64,000 bases of DNA from an uncultured Armatimonadia bacterium (GTDB taxonomy: Bacteria > Armatimonadota > Zipacnadia > Zipacnadales > UBA11051): the NCBI GenBank assembly GCA_964549395.1, contig CAZJVY010000008.1:1654-65653 (forward strand), read 5' to 3'. How positions within the stretch are numbered: position 1 is the stretch's first letter; each line of letters begins with the position of its first letter. Shown piece after piece: positions 49,102 through 58,387 of this stretch. The position numbers were made by a program, and so were the translations under genes. The notes below the pieces were generated by a model, which worked only from the letters and a program-made list of their open reading frames with translations, was not told the origin of the DNA and made no database searches.

Positions 49102-49133
49102 GCCCCCTCTTGGACGTGGTGAGAGGGGGCTTT
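49102..49133 (+). terminator. Rho-independent terminator-like hairpin after paralog 1
   Basis: GCCCCCTCT-tggacgtggtg-AGAGGGGGC followed by TTT: a 9-bp GC-rich stem and 11-nt loop, 29 nt after the stop. Confidence 0.5.
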
Positions 49134-49247
49134 GCCGCATTTACGGGCCGAGCGTCGCCGCCCACCAACGCTCGCCGACAAGGAACAGGGACGGTTGGCG
49201 GCCAATAGTGTGTAGAGAATACCGCATGAGAGAACGCGAAACCAGAA

Positions 49248-52200
49248 ATGCGAAAAGGGGTAGGCATCATGCGAATACAACACCATTTGTGCCTGTTGGC
49301 GATAATCAGCTTGACGCTGGCGATGGCGGCTTGGGGTGACGGGGATCTGAAGTGCATCCAGAAGCCGCTATTCTGGCTGGATGGCCAGCAGACCAGGATA
49401 GTCATCGAGACTCCTGCGGATTGCGGGAAGCTGGAGGTGGCGTATCCCGATGCGCTGAAGCTGTTTGACCGCTGGCCGTACAAGGCAGGGGACACCACGC
49501 AGCGATTCTATTTCCGTGCCATGCGGCCTTTGGAGGCGGGGGAGATTGCATTCAAATTCGGCAATTACGAGCTCAAGCTGCCGGTGCAGGTGCTACCGTG
49601 GGCTGAGGCGTTGAGGGCGGGAAGTCGCGAGTTCGAGGGACTGGCGGTACCACGGATATTCCCGATGGAGGGGGACGACGAGCACAAGAGCGGTCCGACA
49701 TTCCTGAAACAAGCCGAGGTCGAAGCATTGCGAGCGGGCCGCGAGGCGCACCGGGAAGAGGGAGAGAAGATAGCGGCGGCCCTGCCCGACGCCCGTAAGC
49801 TGTTCTACGACCTCCCGGAAAGCACCATCCCGCGTGCGGTTTTCGTCCAGTACAAGAACCCGAAGGGCTGTCCCATATGCGGCCGGAAGATATTCGAGGG
49901 CCGTTCCCCGTTTTACCCGTGGGTATTGGACTACAAGGACCACCCATATCAGGTGCAGTGCCCCGAGTGCAAGCGATGGTTCCCGGACAACAACTTCGCC
50001 GCCGATGACATGACCAGCGGCGAATACGCGGATGACGGCTGGGCCTACATAGACAAGACTGGCGACCCATACTGCTTTGTGTCATATTACACTCAGTACT
50101 ACTACCGAGGTTCTTACGGACCCAACATGCGCAACTATGCCGTGGCTTACGCACGTACCGGAAATCAACACGTGGGGCGCGCGGCAGCGCTGATGATGTT
50201 CCGCATCGCCGAGCAGTACCTCAACCTTGCGCTCAACATCAACCAGCGCAAGGCATACATGCGCAGCGCGGTGTGGAGCGCCTCCATCATCCCACAGACC
50301 AACGTCAGGATGTACAACACCTGGTTCTACATAGAGCATAACTGGGAGTGCCCGCTTGTACCTCAGTACGCAGTGGCGTTTGACCAGCTATGGGATTACT
50401 TCGACACGGAGGACCCGGAGTTCCTCAAGTTCCTGCAGGAGAACCATCATCCGGAGATACAGACGATGGCGGATGCGCGGAATTTCCTCGAGACAGGATA
50501 TTTGCGTGTGGTGGCGCAAGGATGTCTGGACAAGACGCTCATTGGCAACCATCCCCAGTCCCAGCGTGCCGCCATGGAGGCGGCGCTGGCGCTGAATACG
50601 CCACGCTCCTACGACATCGTGGAATGGACCTTCAACCGCGAGGGCGGAATGAGGTATTTCCTCACCAACGAGTTTTTCATAGACGGCTCAGCCTTTGAAT
50701 CACCCGGCTACAACCGGGGCCACTACATCAACACGCAGTCCGTCGCCGATGTGCTGAACCGGATCGTGGAGCTGAATCCGGACAGGTACAAGGATGCCGG
50801 CTTCCCGCTCTTGACACAGGATCCCAAGTACAAGTACATGTACGACCTGAACATCAAGTACGGTCTGCTTGGCCGCACCTGCGCCCTTGTCGGCGATGCA
50901 GGAGATGTCGCTTCCACCGAGCCGCATAGCCCAAGTCCCTGCTCAACTCTGGGCCGAGCCGATTACGTCGCGCCGTTTACCCTCTTCCCGGATGATGTCA
51001 ACTTCGCAAAGGTGCTATGGGACCCCGGGGCCAGTGCACCTATTCCGCAGTTGCAGGATGAACAGTTACGCACGAAGGTGACAGACATAGTACAGCGCGA
51101 GGGCTCCGAAATCGAGTTGCCCAGCACATTCCTGAACGGCTACGAACATGCGATCCTACGCAGCGGCAGCGGCGATGACAGGCGGACGCTGTGGGTGCGT
51201 TGGGGCGAGTTGTACGGTCACAGGCATGATGATCTGCTGACAATGGGCTTCGAGGCCAAGCAGCGCACACTACTCCCCGAGTTAGGCTACCCGCACAGTT
51301 GGACGTTCCGCGTGCCGTGGGAGGGGAACCGGCTCACACACTACAGCGCCGAGATCGTGGGGGAGCCGGAGGGCACCTTGCGTATCGGAGGCGGCGTGTT
51401 GGAGCTGTTCGCGGATGGCGGTTGGGCGAAGATGGCCTGTGCCGCAGCGCGGTCGTACAAGTCCGCAGCCGCTCCCCAGATCTACGAGATGCTGCAGGGT
51501 CCTGTGATGGCGCGAACCATCGCGCTGGTGGACATCAATGACACCGATTCCTATGCAGTGGATATCTTCCGCCTCGGCGGCGGCACCGATCACTACGTCA
51601 GCTTTCACGGCCCCAGGGGCGAGGGTTCACCCGAAGGGCTCAACCTGACACCCCAGCCGCACGGCACCATGGCGGGGCCTGACGTCGAGTATGCCAAGGG
51701 GCAGGCGTGGACTAAGGCCAACCCGCAGTTGGCGGCGTTCCCCTACCTGTACGACGTCCAGAGAGCCACCTCACAGGGCGTGTGGGACATTGACTGGACG
51801 CTGGACAACTACCCGGACCTACACCTCCGCGTGTATGCGGTACAACCGCAGGGATCTGACGTGGGGCTCGCCAAGGGCAAGCCACCGGGCGGCGGCAATC
51901 CATACGAGCTACTTTGGGTCATTGAGCACCGCAGCAACGACGCCGCGCCACTGAGCAGTCAGTTCGTCAAGGTTTTGGAGGCGTACGAGGGCGAACCGGC
52001 GATTTCTGAAGTCCGCCGCCTCGGAGTGATGACCGAGAGCCAGGGAGACCAGCCGCCTGTGGCGTTCGAGGTGGCAATCGGGAATCGCGTGGACACCGTG
52101 ATTCACTGCTATGACCCGACTGTAGCCGTAACCACAAAGAGCGGCGTGAGCATGCTCGGGTCATTCGGCGTTTGGTCCGAGGTCGGGGGGCAGATGCAGA

Positions 52201-52787
52201 AGGCGCTGCTCGTCAACGGTGGGTACATCGCGAAGGGCAACGCGCGAGTGGCGGCGGAGAACCCATCCTGGACCGGCGAAATCGTCTCAGCGGATTTCGC
52301 GGAGCGGAAAGTGCTGGTGAAGCCGGCGGTTCCCAGGCCGGAAGCGGTGGTCGGCCGCCAGGTGCGGATAACGAACGATTCGGGCAATGACTGTTCGCAC
52401 ATCATTGTGGCGGCCACAAACGTCGGGGATGCCACGGAGCTGACGCTGGAATACGATCCACGGATCGGCGAGGGGCCGGTGGAAGGTGTCGGCGACGGCT
52501 TCGTGGCCTGCGGGGCAGACCTTATCTTCGGACGCTGGCTGTACTACCACGGCAAGACACTGGCAAACGAAGACGCATCTGGGCTCTACAAGACAAGCGC
52601 CGTCGTCGGCACGCACAACGTGTACCTTGACCCGGCGCGGCACGCCGACGTGAAGGCCGCGGAATTGGGCGCCGCATTTGTGGATAAGGACGGAGACGAC
52701 ATAGCGCGCCTGGTCATCTACGACTACGGGCCTGGGGACACGGTGACCGTGCCCAATGTCACCTCTGTTGACGCGACCAAGCAGTGA
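49248..52787 (+). CDS. Secreted heparinase II/III-like protein with Cys module and zinc-ribbon insert, paralog 2
   Basis: Signal peptide (MRIQHHLCLLAIISLTLAMA). LKCIQKPLFWLDGQQTRIVIETPADCGKLEV; CPICGRKIFEGRSPFYPWVLDYKDHPYQVQCPECKRWFP; GHRHDDLLT. Co-linear with paralogs 1 and 3 throughout. Confidence 0.6.
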   Translation: MRKGVGIMRIQHHLCLLAIISLTLAMAAWGDGDLKCIQKPLFWLDGQQTRIVIETPADCGKLEVAYPDALKLFDRWPYKAGDTTQRFYFRAMRPLEAGEIAFKFGNYELKLPVQVLPWAEALRAGSREFEGLAVPRIFPMEGDDEHKSGPTFLKQAEVEALRAGREAHREEGEKIAAALPDARKLFYDLPESTIPRAVFVQYKNPKGCPICGRKIFEGRSPFYPWVLDYKDHPYQVQCPECKRWFPDNNFAADDMTSGEYADDGWAYIDKTGDPYCFVSYYTQYYYRGSYGPNMRNYAVAYARTGNQHVGRAAALMMFRIAEQYLNLALNINQRKAYMRSAVWSASIIPQTNVRMYNTWFYIEHNWECPLVPQYAVAFDQLWDYFDTEDPEFLKFLQENHHPEIQTMADARNFLETGYLRVVAQGCLDKTLIGNHPQSQRAAMEAALALNTPRSYDIVEWTFNREGGMRYFLTNEFFIDGSAFESPGYNRGHYINTQSVADVLNRIVELNPDRYKDAGFPLLTQDPKYKYMYDLNIKYGLLGRTCALVGDAGDVASTEPHSPSPCSTLGRADYVAPFTLFPDDVNFAKVLWDPGASAPIPQLQDEQLRTKVTDIVQREGSEIELPSTFLNGYEHAILRSGSGDDRRTLWVRWGELYGHRHDDLLTMGFEAKQRTLLPELGYPHSWTFRVPWEGNRLTHYSAEIVGEPEGTLRIGGGVLELFADGGWAKMACAAARSYKSAAAPQIYEMLQGPVMARTIALVDINDTDSYAVDIFRLGGGTDHYVSFHGPRGEGSPEGLNLTPQPHGTMAGPDVEYAKGQAWTKANPQLAAFPYLYDVQRATSQGVWDIDWTLDNYPDLHLRVYAVQPQGSDVGLAKGKPPGGGNPYELLWVIEHRSNDAAPLSSQFVKVLEAYEGEPAISEVRRLGVMTESQGDQPPVAFEVAIGNRVDTVIHCYDPTVAVTTKSGVSMLGSFGVWSEVGGQMQKALLVNGGYIAKGNARVAAENPSWTGEIVSADFAERKVLVKPAVPRPEAVVGRQVRITNDSGNDCSHIIVAATNVGDATELTLEYDPRIGEGPVEGVGDGFVACGADLIFGRWLYYHGKTLANEDASGLYKTSAVVGTHNVYLDPARHADVKAAELGAAFVDKDGDDIARLVIYDYGPGDTVTVPNVTSVDATKQ

Positions 52788-52795
52788 CAAGGTTC

Positions 52796-52818
52796 CGCGT
52801 CAGATGGGGACTGACGCG
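52796..52818 (+). other. Perfect 8-bp stem hairpin (CGCGTCAG-atgggga-CTGACGCG) in the 34-nt spacer between paralogs 2 and 3
   Basis: Seen directly. No U-tract follows, so it is more likely an attenuator or processing/stability element than an efficient terminator. Confidence 0.3.
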
Positions 52819-52856
52819 ACGTGAAAACCGATACTGGCAATCTGAGGTGTTACGAG

Positions 52857-55800
52857 ATGCGAAACGGGATCGCGGGCGTCGTGCTCGTGTTGGTGGCGCT
52901 TGAGTGGGTATCGCTGGGCATGGCCGCAGACGAGTTGAAGTGCATCCAGAAGCCGATGTTCTGGTTGCTCGGGCAGCAGACGCGTATAGTCATCGAGACT
53001 CCTGGGGATTGCGGAAAGCTGGACGTAAAGTACCCCGATGCGCTGAAGCTCTTTGATCGGTGGCCGCATAAGACGGGGGACACGATTCAGCGCTTCTACT
53101 TCCGGGCGCTGCAACCTCTGGAGACAGGGGAGATTCTGTTCTCGTCCGGCGCCTACTCGCTTTCACTGCCTGTACAGGTGATTCCATGGGAACAGGCGCT
53201 CAAGCCGGGAAGCCTGGAGTTCGAGGGCCGACGGGTGCCGCTCATCTTCCCGATGGAGGGTGGGGACGAGCACAAGAGCGACATCAGCTTCCTCACGCGA
53301 CAGCAGCTTGACGAAATGCGCGCGGCCGGCGCCGGCGGTCCCGAGGCGGTGGCCAAGACGGTGGCCGCCCTGCCCGCCGATGAGGATGTGTTCTCCTGGT
53401 TGCCGGAGACGACGCTCCCACGCGCCGTATTTGTGCAGCGGACCAGCCCGAAAGGCTGCCCCATCTGCGGGCGCAAGATCTACGAAGGCCGCAGCCCCTT
53501 CTACCCGTGGGTGTTCGATTACGAGAACCATCCGTATCAGGTGCAGTGTCCCGAATGTAAGCGATGGTTCCCGGACAACAACTTCGCGGCTGGAGACATG
53601 ACAAACGGGCAGTACCCTGACGACGGATGGGGTTACATTGACCCGCAAGGGGACCCCTATTGCTTTGTTTCTTACTACAACTGCTGGCACTACCTCAACC
53701 GCTATATTCCGTTGGTGGACCGATACTGCGATCTGTACGCGCGCACCGGCAACCAGCGGATTGGTCGCACTGCGGCCCTGGCAATGTTCCGTGTGGCCGA
53801 GCAGTACCTGAACCTGGCGCTCAACATCAATCAGCGGAAGGCCTATACGCGCGAGGCGGTCTGGAGAGGCAAGATCATCCCTCAGACCGGCATGAAGCCC
53901 TACCAGACGTGGTTCTATGTCGAGGACAATTGGGAAGTACCCAGGCTAACCGGGTATGCCAAGGCGTTCGAGTGCATCTGGGACTACTTCGACACCGAGG
54001 ACCCGGAGTTTATCAAGTTCCTGCAAGACAACTACCACCCCGAGATCAGAACAATGGAGGATGCCCGCAGCTTCATCGAGACCGGCTACTTTCGGGTGAT
54101 GGCCCAGGGCTGCCTGGATGGCACGATCATCGGCAACCATCCGCAGGGCCAGCGATGCGCCATGGAGACTGCGTTGGTCCTTAACACCCCGCGCGCCAGG
54201 GAGATAGTGGAATGGACTTTCAACCAGGGCGGGATGCGCTACTTTCTCACCAACGAGTACTTCATTGACGGCGCGCCGTTTGAGTCGCCGTCCTACAACC
54301 GGGGACATGTCACCAACCTGCAAGCTGTTGCCGATGTACTGAACCGCATTGTGGAGTTGCGCCCGGAGCAATACAAGGATGCCAAGTTCCCGCTGCTGAC
54401 GAAAGACCCCAAGTACAAGACCATGTACGACTTCCACGTCAACTACAGCATGATCAACCGCACCTGGGCCGATGTCGGAGACTCCGGGGATGTGGAACGC
54501 ACGGATGCTCGACCTCTCGACATCTGCTCCTCACTGGGGCCGGAAGACTATGTGGCGCCCTTCGCGGTATATCCTGATTGCACCAACTTCGCCAGAGTGC
54601 TCTGGGACCCCAACGTCAGTGCCCCGATCCCAGCGCTGCGGGATGAGAGACTGCGGGCACAAGTCGAGGCCTTAATTGCTCGTGAGGGCGCGGAGCTGCA
54701 GCTTCCCAGCAATTTCCTGGACGGCTACGGCCAGGCCACACTGCGCAGCGGCAGTGGCAGCGACCAGCGGGCGCTATGGCTGCGCTGGGGTGAGTGTTAC
54801 GGGCATCGCCACGACGACATGCTAACAATGGGGTTTGAGGCGAAGCAGCGGACGCTGCTTCCAGAACTGGGTTATCCACATAGCTGGACGTTCCGCGTGC
54901 CGTGGGAGGGCAATCGCCTGACGCACTACAGCGCACAGATCGTCGGCGAAGACCCCGCCATTCGGCGGATAGGGGGCGGCGTTCTCGAACTCTTCGCCGA
55001 TGGCGGATGGGCAAAGATGGCCTGTGTGGGCACGCGTGCATACCGCGATGTGCCGGCGTGGCGCATCTACGAGATGGTACCCGGCCCGCTGATGGCCCGA
55101 AGTATAGCTCTGGTGGACATAAACGAGCGGGATTCCTATGGGATCAGCATCCTCCGACTGCGAGGCGGAACGCATCACTACGTGAGCTTTCACGGGCCTC
55201 GGGGAAGCGCTGCCGCGAGCGGCCTGCAACTCGTATCCCAGGCTGCCGGCACCCTCGCCGGGCCCGATGTCGAGTATGGCAAGGGTGACGAATGGACGAA
55301 GGCAAACCCCCTCCTATCGGCCTTCCCGTACATGTACGACGTACGGAAGGCGAGTGCCGACAGGCCGTGGCAAATGGAATGGACGCTGGAGAACTACCCC
55401 GATCTGCACCTGCGCATGTATGAGGTGCAGCCCCAGCCTTCGGATGTCAGCCTCGCAAAGGGCAAGCCGCCGGGAGGTGGTAACCCGTATCAACTGCAAT
55501 GGGTCATGCAGCACCGGGGTGGGAAAGAGGGACTGAGCAGCCAGTTCGCGACCGTCATCGAGCCGTACCAGGGGGAGCCTGCCATTTCCGAGGTCAGACA
55601 CATTCATGTAAGCAGCGACGATCAGAGCGACCAGCCGGCGGTGGCTTTCCAGGTCGTGCTGGGGGATCGTGTGGACACCATCATCCAGTGCTACGACCCG
55701 TCCATACCCGTGCGTACGGGCGACGGGGTGGAAATGCTTGGCTTTTTCGGGATATGGTCGGAGGTCAACGGCCGCATGGACAAGGCATTCCTGGTGAATG

Positions 55801-56375
55801 GCACGTACATAAGCAAGGGAGATGCCCGCGTTGAGGCGGAGGCGGCCTCGTACACGGGCAGAATAGTCACGGCGAACTTTCCGGCCCGTAAGATTGTGGT
55901 GGAGCCGACCCCGACGCCGCCGCAACTGCTCGTGGGCCGGCAATTGCGAATAACCAACGAGGCGGGGAACGACTGCTCGCATCTGATAGTCGGAGCCAGG
56001 AGCGTACCGGACGGCGTGGAACTGACCTTGGAGTTGGACCCACGGATCGGTGAGGGACCTGTCACCTCGGTCTTCGCCAGCTACATCGGCTGCGGGGCCG
56101 ACCTGATCTTCGGCCGATGGCTGTACTATCACGGAAAGACCCTAGCCAATGAGGACGGCTCAGCCACGTACAAGATTACCGGAGTGTCCGGGAACCACAA
56201 CGCGTTCCTTGACCAGACACAGCACCCGGGGCTGACACAGGAACAGCATGCGAGCGAATTCGTGGACAAGGACGGTGACGGTGTCGCACGCATGCTGATC
56301 TATGACTATGGGCCGGGCGACACCGTCACGGTGCCCAATTCCGTCGCGGTTGACATGGGCAGCGACGTGAAGTGA
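52857..56375 (+). CDS. Secreted heparinase II/III-like protein with Cys module and zinc-ribbon insert, paralog 3
   Basis: Signal peptide MRNGIAGVVLVLVALEWVSLGMA. LKCIQKPMFWLLGQQTRIVIETPGDCGKLDV; CPICGRKIYEGRSPFYPWVFDYENHPYQVQCPECKRWFP; GHRHDDMLT. Roughly 75% identical to paralog 2 by eye. Confidence 0.6.
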   Translation: MRNGIAGVVLVLVALEWVSLGMAADELKCIQKPMFWLLGQQTRIVIETPGDCGKLDVKYPDALKLFDRWPHKTGDTIQRFYFRALQPLETGEILFSSGAYSLSLPVQVIPWEQALKPGSLEFEGRRVPLIFPMEGGDEHKSDISFLTRQQLDEMRAAGAGGPEAVAKTVAALPADEDVFSWLPETTLPRAVFVQRTSPKGCPICGRKIYEGRSPFYPWVFDYENHPYQVQCPECKRWFPDNNFAAGDMTNGQYPDDGWGYIDPQGDPYCFVSYYNCWHYLNRYIPLVDRYCDLYARTGNQRIGRTAALAMFRVAEQYLNLALNINQRKAYTREAVWRGKIIPQTGMKPYQTWFYVEDNWEVPRLTGYAKAFECIWDYFDTEDPEFIKFLQDNYHPEIRTMEDARSFIETGYFRVMAQGCLDGTIIGNHPQGQRCAMETALVLNTPRAREIVEWTFNQGGMRYFLTNEYFIDGAPFESPSYNRGHVTNLQAVADVLNRIVELRPEQYKDAKFPLLTKDPKYKTMYDFHVNYSMINRTWADVGDSGDVERTDARPLDICSSLGPEDYVAPFAVYPDCTNFARVLWDPNVSAPIPALRDERLRAQVEALIAREGAELQLPSNFLDGYGQATLRSGSGSDQRALWLRWGECYGHRHDDMLTMGFEAKQRTLLPELGYPHSWTFRVPWEGNRLTHYSAQIVGEDPAIRRIGGGVLELFADGGWAKMACVGTRAYRDVPAWRIYEMVPGPLMARSIALVDINERDSYGISILRLRGGTHHYVSFHGPRGSAAASGLQLVSQAAGTLAGPDVEYGKGDEWTKANPLLSAFPYMYDVRKASADRPWQMEWTLENYPDLHLRMYEVQPQPSDVSLAKGKPPGGGNPYQLQWVMQHRGGKEGLSSQFATVIEPYQGEPAISEVRHIHVSSDDQSDQPAVAFQVVLGDRVDTIIQCYDPSIPVRTGDGVEMLGFFGIWSEVNGRMDKAFLVNGTYISKGDARVEAEAASYTGRIVTANFPARKIVVEPTPTPPQLLVGRQLRITNEAGNDCSHLIVGARSVPDGVELTLELDPRIGEGPVTSVFASYIGCGADLIFGRWLYYHGKTLANEDGSATYKITGVSGNHNAFLDQTQHPGLTQEQHASEFVDKDGDGVARMLIYDYGPGDTVTVPNSVAVDMGSDVK

Positions 56376-56421
56376 TAGCATCAGCTAGAACCGCGAAGCG
56401 GAGCAGATCCCGGGAGTGGGG

Positions 56422-58254
56422 CTAGAGGAGCTTGAGTACTCGCCAGCCTCCGGCGGGGACTGTCACCTCGAGCCTCGCGGGGCCACCGAGTCTCCCCAGA
56501 TTGTCGCCGCTAAGCATATCGGTGACCTCATGCGAACCGGCGGAGGTGATGGTAGCCTCCGTCGGAGCGTCAAGGTCCCAGTTTGCGATCATCAGCAGTA
56601 GCTCGTCACCGACGTCGTAGAGCTTGCTGATGCCCATGCGGGATGAAACTGTGACCGGCGGCTGTGCGGCCCCGCGGACCAGAGGCAGGAGTTCCTTCTC
56701 GGCGTCGGCGTACTGAGCATTGAGGTACTTGGTCTGGCGGTATCCGGCCTGAATGCGACGGTGCCAGTAGGTAACGTCGTACTTGACGTCCTGAGCGCGC
56801 GCGATGCCGACGCAGTCCCCGGCAGTGTACACCCGCAGTCCCGCCGCAACGGCTTGCTGAATGGCGCTGTGAGCACTCTTCGACAGGAAGCGGGCTGCAG
56901 GAATGATGAGTACCTTCAGACCGTCCAGCCCTCCCTCAGCGATCTCGTCCTCCATCACGATGCGGAACCATACATTGCCTCTCAGCAGGGCGAATGCAGT
57001 ACCCTCGAAACTGTGCAAGTGCACCCAGCGCTCATTCAGGTTGAGCTCCCAGGGCTGTTCGAGCACCTCGGTGGTGGTCGAGTAGAGAAGGCCGACCTGC
57101 GCGGGGTACGGATTGCGCGCAGCCAATGTCTCCTGCATAGCTGATACGTCCGCGTAGGCCTCGCCCATGCCATCATAGCCTTCGGGATAGTACGCCGTAT
57201 AGGCGCCGGATTGCCAGTAGCATATCGCGTTGGCACCCTCAGTCACCGTGATTCTGGCCATCTGCGCGATCTCATCAGGGCCCATCATCTGCATGCGGTT
57301 GTAGTGCTGGAGAAAGGGCCCTTCGGTGCTGAGGATGAGCTTTGGCGAGTTGGCGGTGACGTGCTCGCCGACCCCCCAGTGCTGCAGACCTTCTTCATCG
57401 GCCTCAGGCAGGCGCGGGAATGGGAATGCCTGATACAGGTACCAATCCTTCACCTGGATGCGGTCAATGCGCTGGATGAGCGCTCCCGAATCCCGTCGCA
57501 ACTCATCACGCGTCATGTTGGCATTGAGTAATCGTCCATAGTAGTACGAGTCGGACGGGATGGTCACCATCAGCAGATCCCTTGAGACGCTGCGCACGGC
57601 CTCTGCCTGCGCCTTCACGTAGCGGTTGTAGGCCTTGCGCTGGAACTGCTCCCACTGCAGCAGCGCGTCGTCGTCGGGGATGACACCCGTGCCGTGGTGA
57701 ACCTCGAACGGCGGCGGCTCCTTGCCGTATTGCTCCTTGAACAGGCGCCTGCAGGTGTCGCAATAGCAGCAATCCACTCGCATTCCCCATCCGTCGTCGA
57801 ACATGAACCCGCCGAACACATCGAATTCACTGTAGGCCTTGGCCTGAGCGACTATCGTGTCCCGCATCCAGTCGTAGAACTTATCCTGGTACAAGCAGGC
57901 CATCTCGATCTTGTGGCCGTCCACGTTTACCGCGTCGGTACCTTCGGGGTTGTTGGTGTAGTACTGGCCCATGATCAGGACCTTGATGCCGGTGCCCCTG
58001 TATTCCTTCTCAAGTTTCTCCCACCCCTTCCGGTGGCTGTCGGGGATGCGCGGTTGCCCGTCGGCTGTTTGCTCCATTTTGAGCGGGGCGCCGGTGTAAA
58101 CGTAGTCAATGCCTGCCTTCTGGAGCCATTCGGCCGGCACCGGGTTGTTCGCGTCAACGAGCGTCACGGCATGGTATTGCGTATTTGCCATTATCATACT
58201 CCCTCCCAGCAGCAGCGACAGAGCCATATGAGTCAGGAAGCGTAGGGGCGGCAT
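56422..58254 (-). CDS. Secreted GH42-like glycoside hydrolase (beta-galactosidase-like, Zn-binding Cys cluster)
   Basis: Likely start MPPLRFLTHMALSLLLGGSMIMA (signal peptide; SD-like ggagaa upstream); the ORF is open to 58443. The Cys cluster DCCYCDTC matches the GH42 CxCxxC zinc site. TIM-barrel-like segments and a C-terminal beta domain. Confidence 0.5.
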   Translation of the reverse strand: MPPLRFLTHMALSLLLGGSMIMANTQYHAVTLVDANNPVPAEWLQKAGIDYVYTGAPLKMEQTADGQPRIPDSHRKGWEKLEKEYRGTGIKVLIMGQYYTNNPEGTDAVNVDGHKIEMACLYQDKFYDWMRDTIVAQAKAYSEFDVFGGFMFDDGWGMRVDCCYCDTCRRLFKEQYGKEPPPFEVHHGTGVIPDDDALLQWEQFQRKAYNRYVKAQAEAVRSVSRDLLMVTIPSDSYYYGRLLNANMTRDELRRDSGALIQRIDRIQVKDWYLYQAFPFPRLPEADEEGLQHWGVGEHVTANSPKLILSTEGPFLQHYNRMQMMGPDEIAQMARITVTEGANAICYWQSGAYTAYYPEGYDGMGEAYADVSAMQETLAARNPYPAQVGLLYSTTTEVLEQPWELNLNERWVHLHSFEGTAFALLRGNVWFRIVMEDEIAEGGLDGLKVLIIPAARFLSKSAHSAIQQAVAAGLRVYTAGDCVGIARAQDVKYDVTYWHRRIQAGYRQTKYLNAQYADAEKELLPLVRGAAQPPVTVSSRMGISKLYDVGDELLLMIANWDLDAPTEATITSAGSHEVTDMLSGDNLGRLGGPARLEVTVPAGGWRVLKLL

Positions 58255-58387
58255 GTGCTCTTCTCCATAAAGGAAGGTATCGTGGACTGAATTCTCCCAA
58301 TTGACTCTTCGCCGCGCGTCCCTGGTGTCCTTCTGCAATGAGCAGCATCCGAGGTCCTTCATACTGGCGGTTGCACCTTGAAACTGC

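Larger units (their letters stand above)
45546..56375 (+). repeat. Tandem triplication of a roughly 3.55-kb gene (three paralogs, same orientation)
   Basis: The three ORFs are co-linear over the full length with conserved blocks at nucleotide and protein level. The spacers are short (174 nt and 34-70 nt). Confidence 0.7.
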
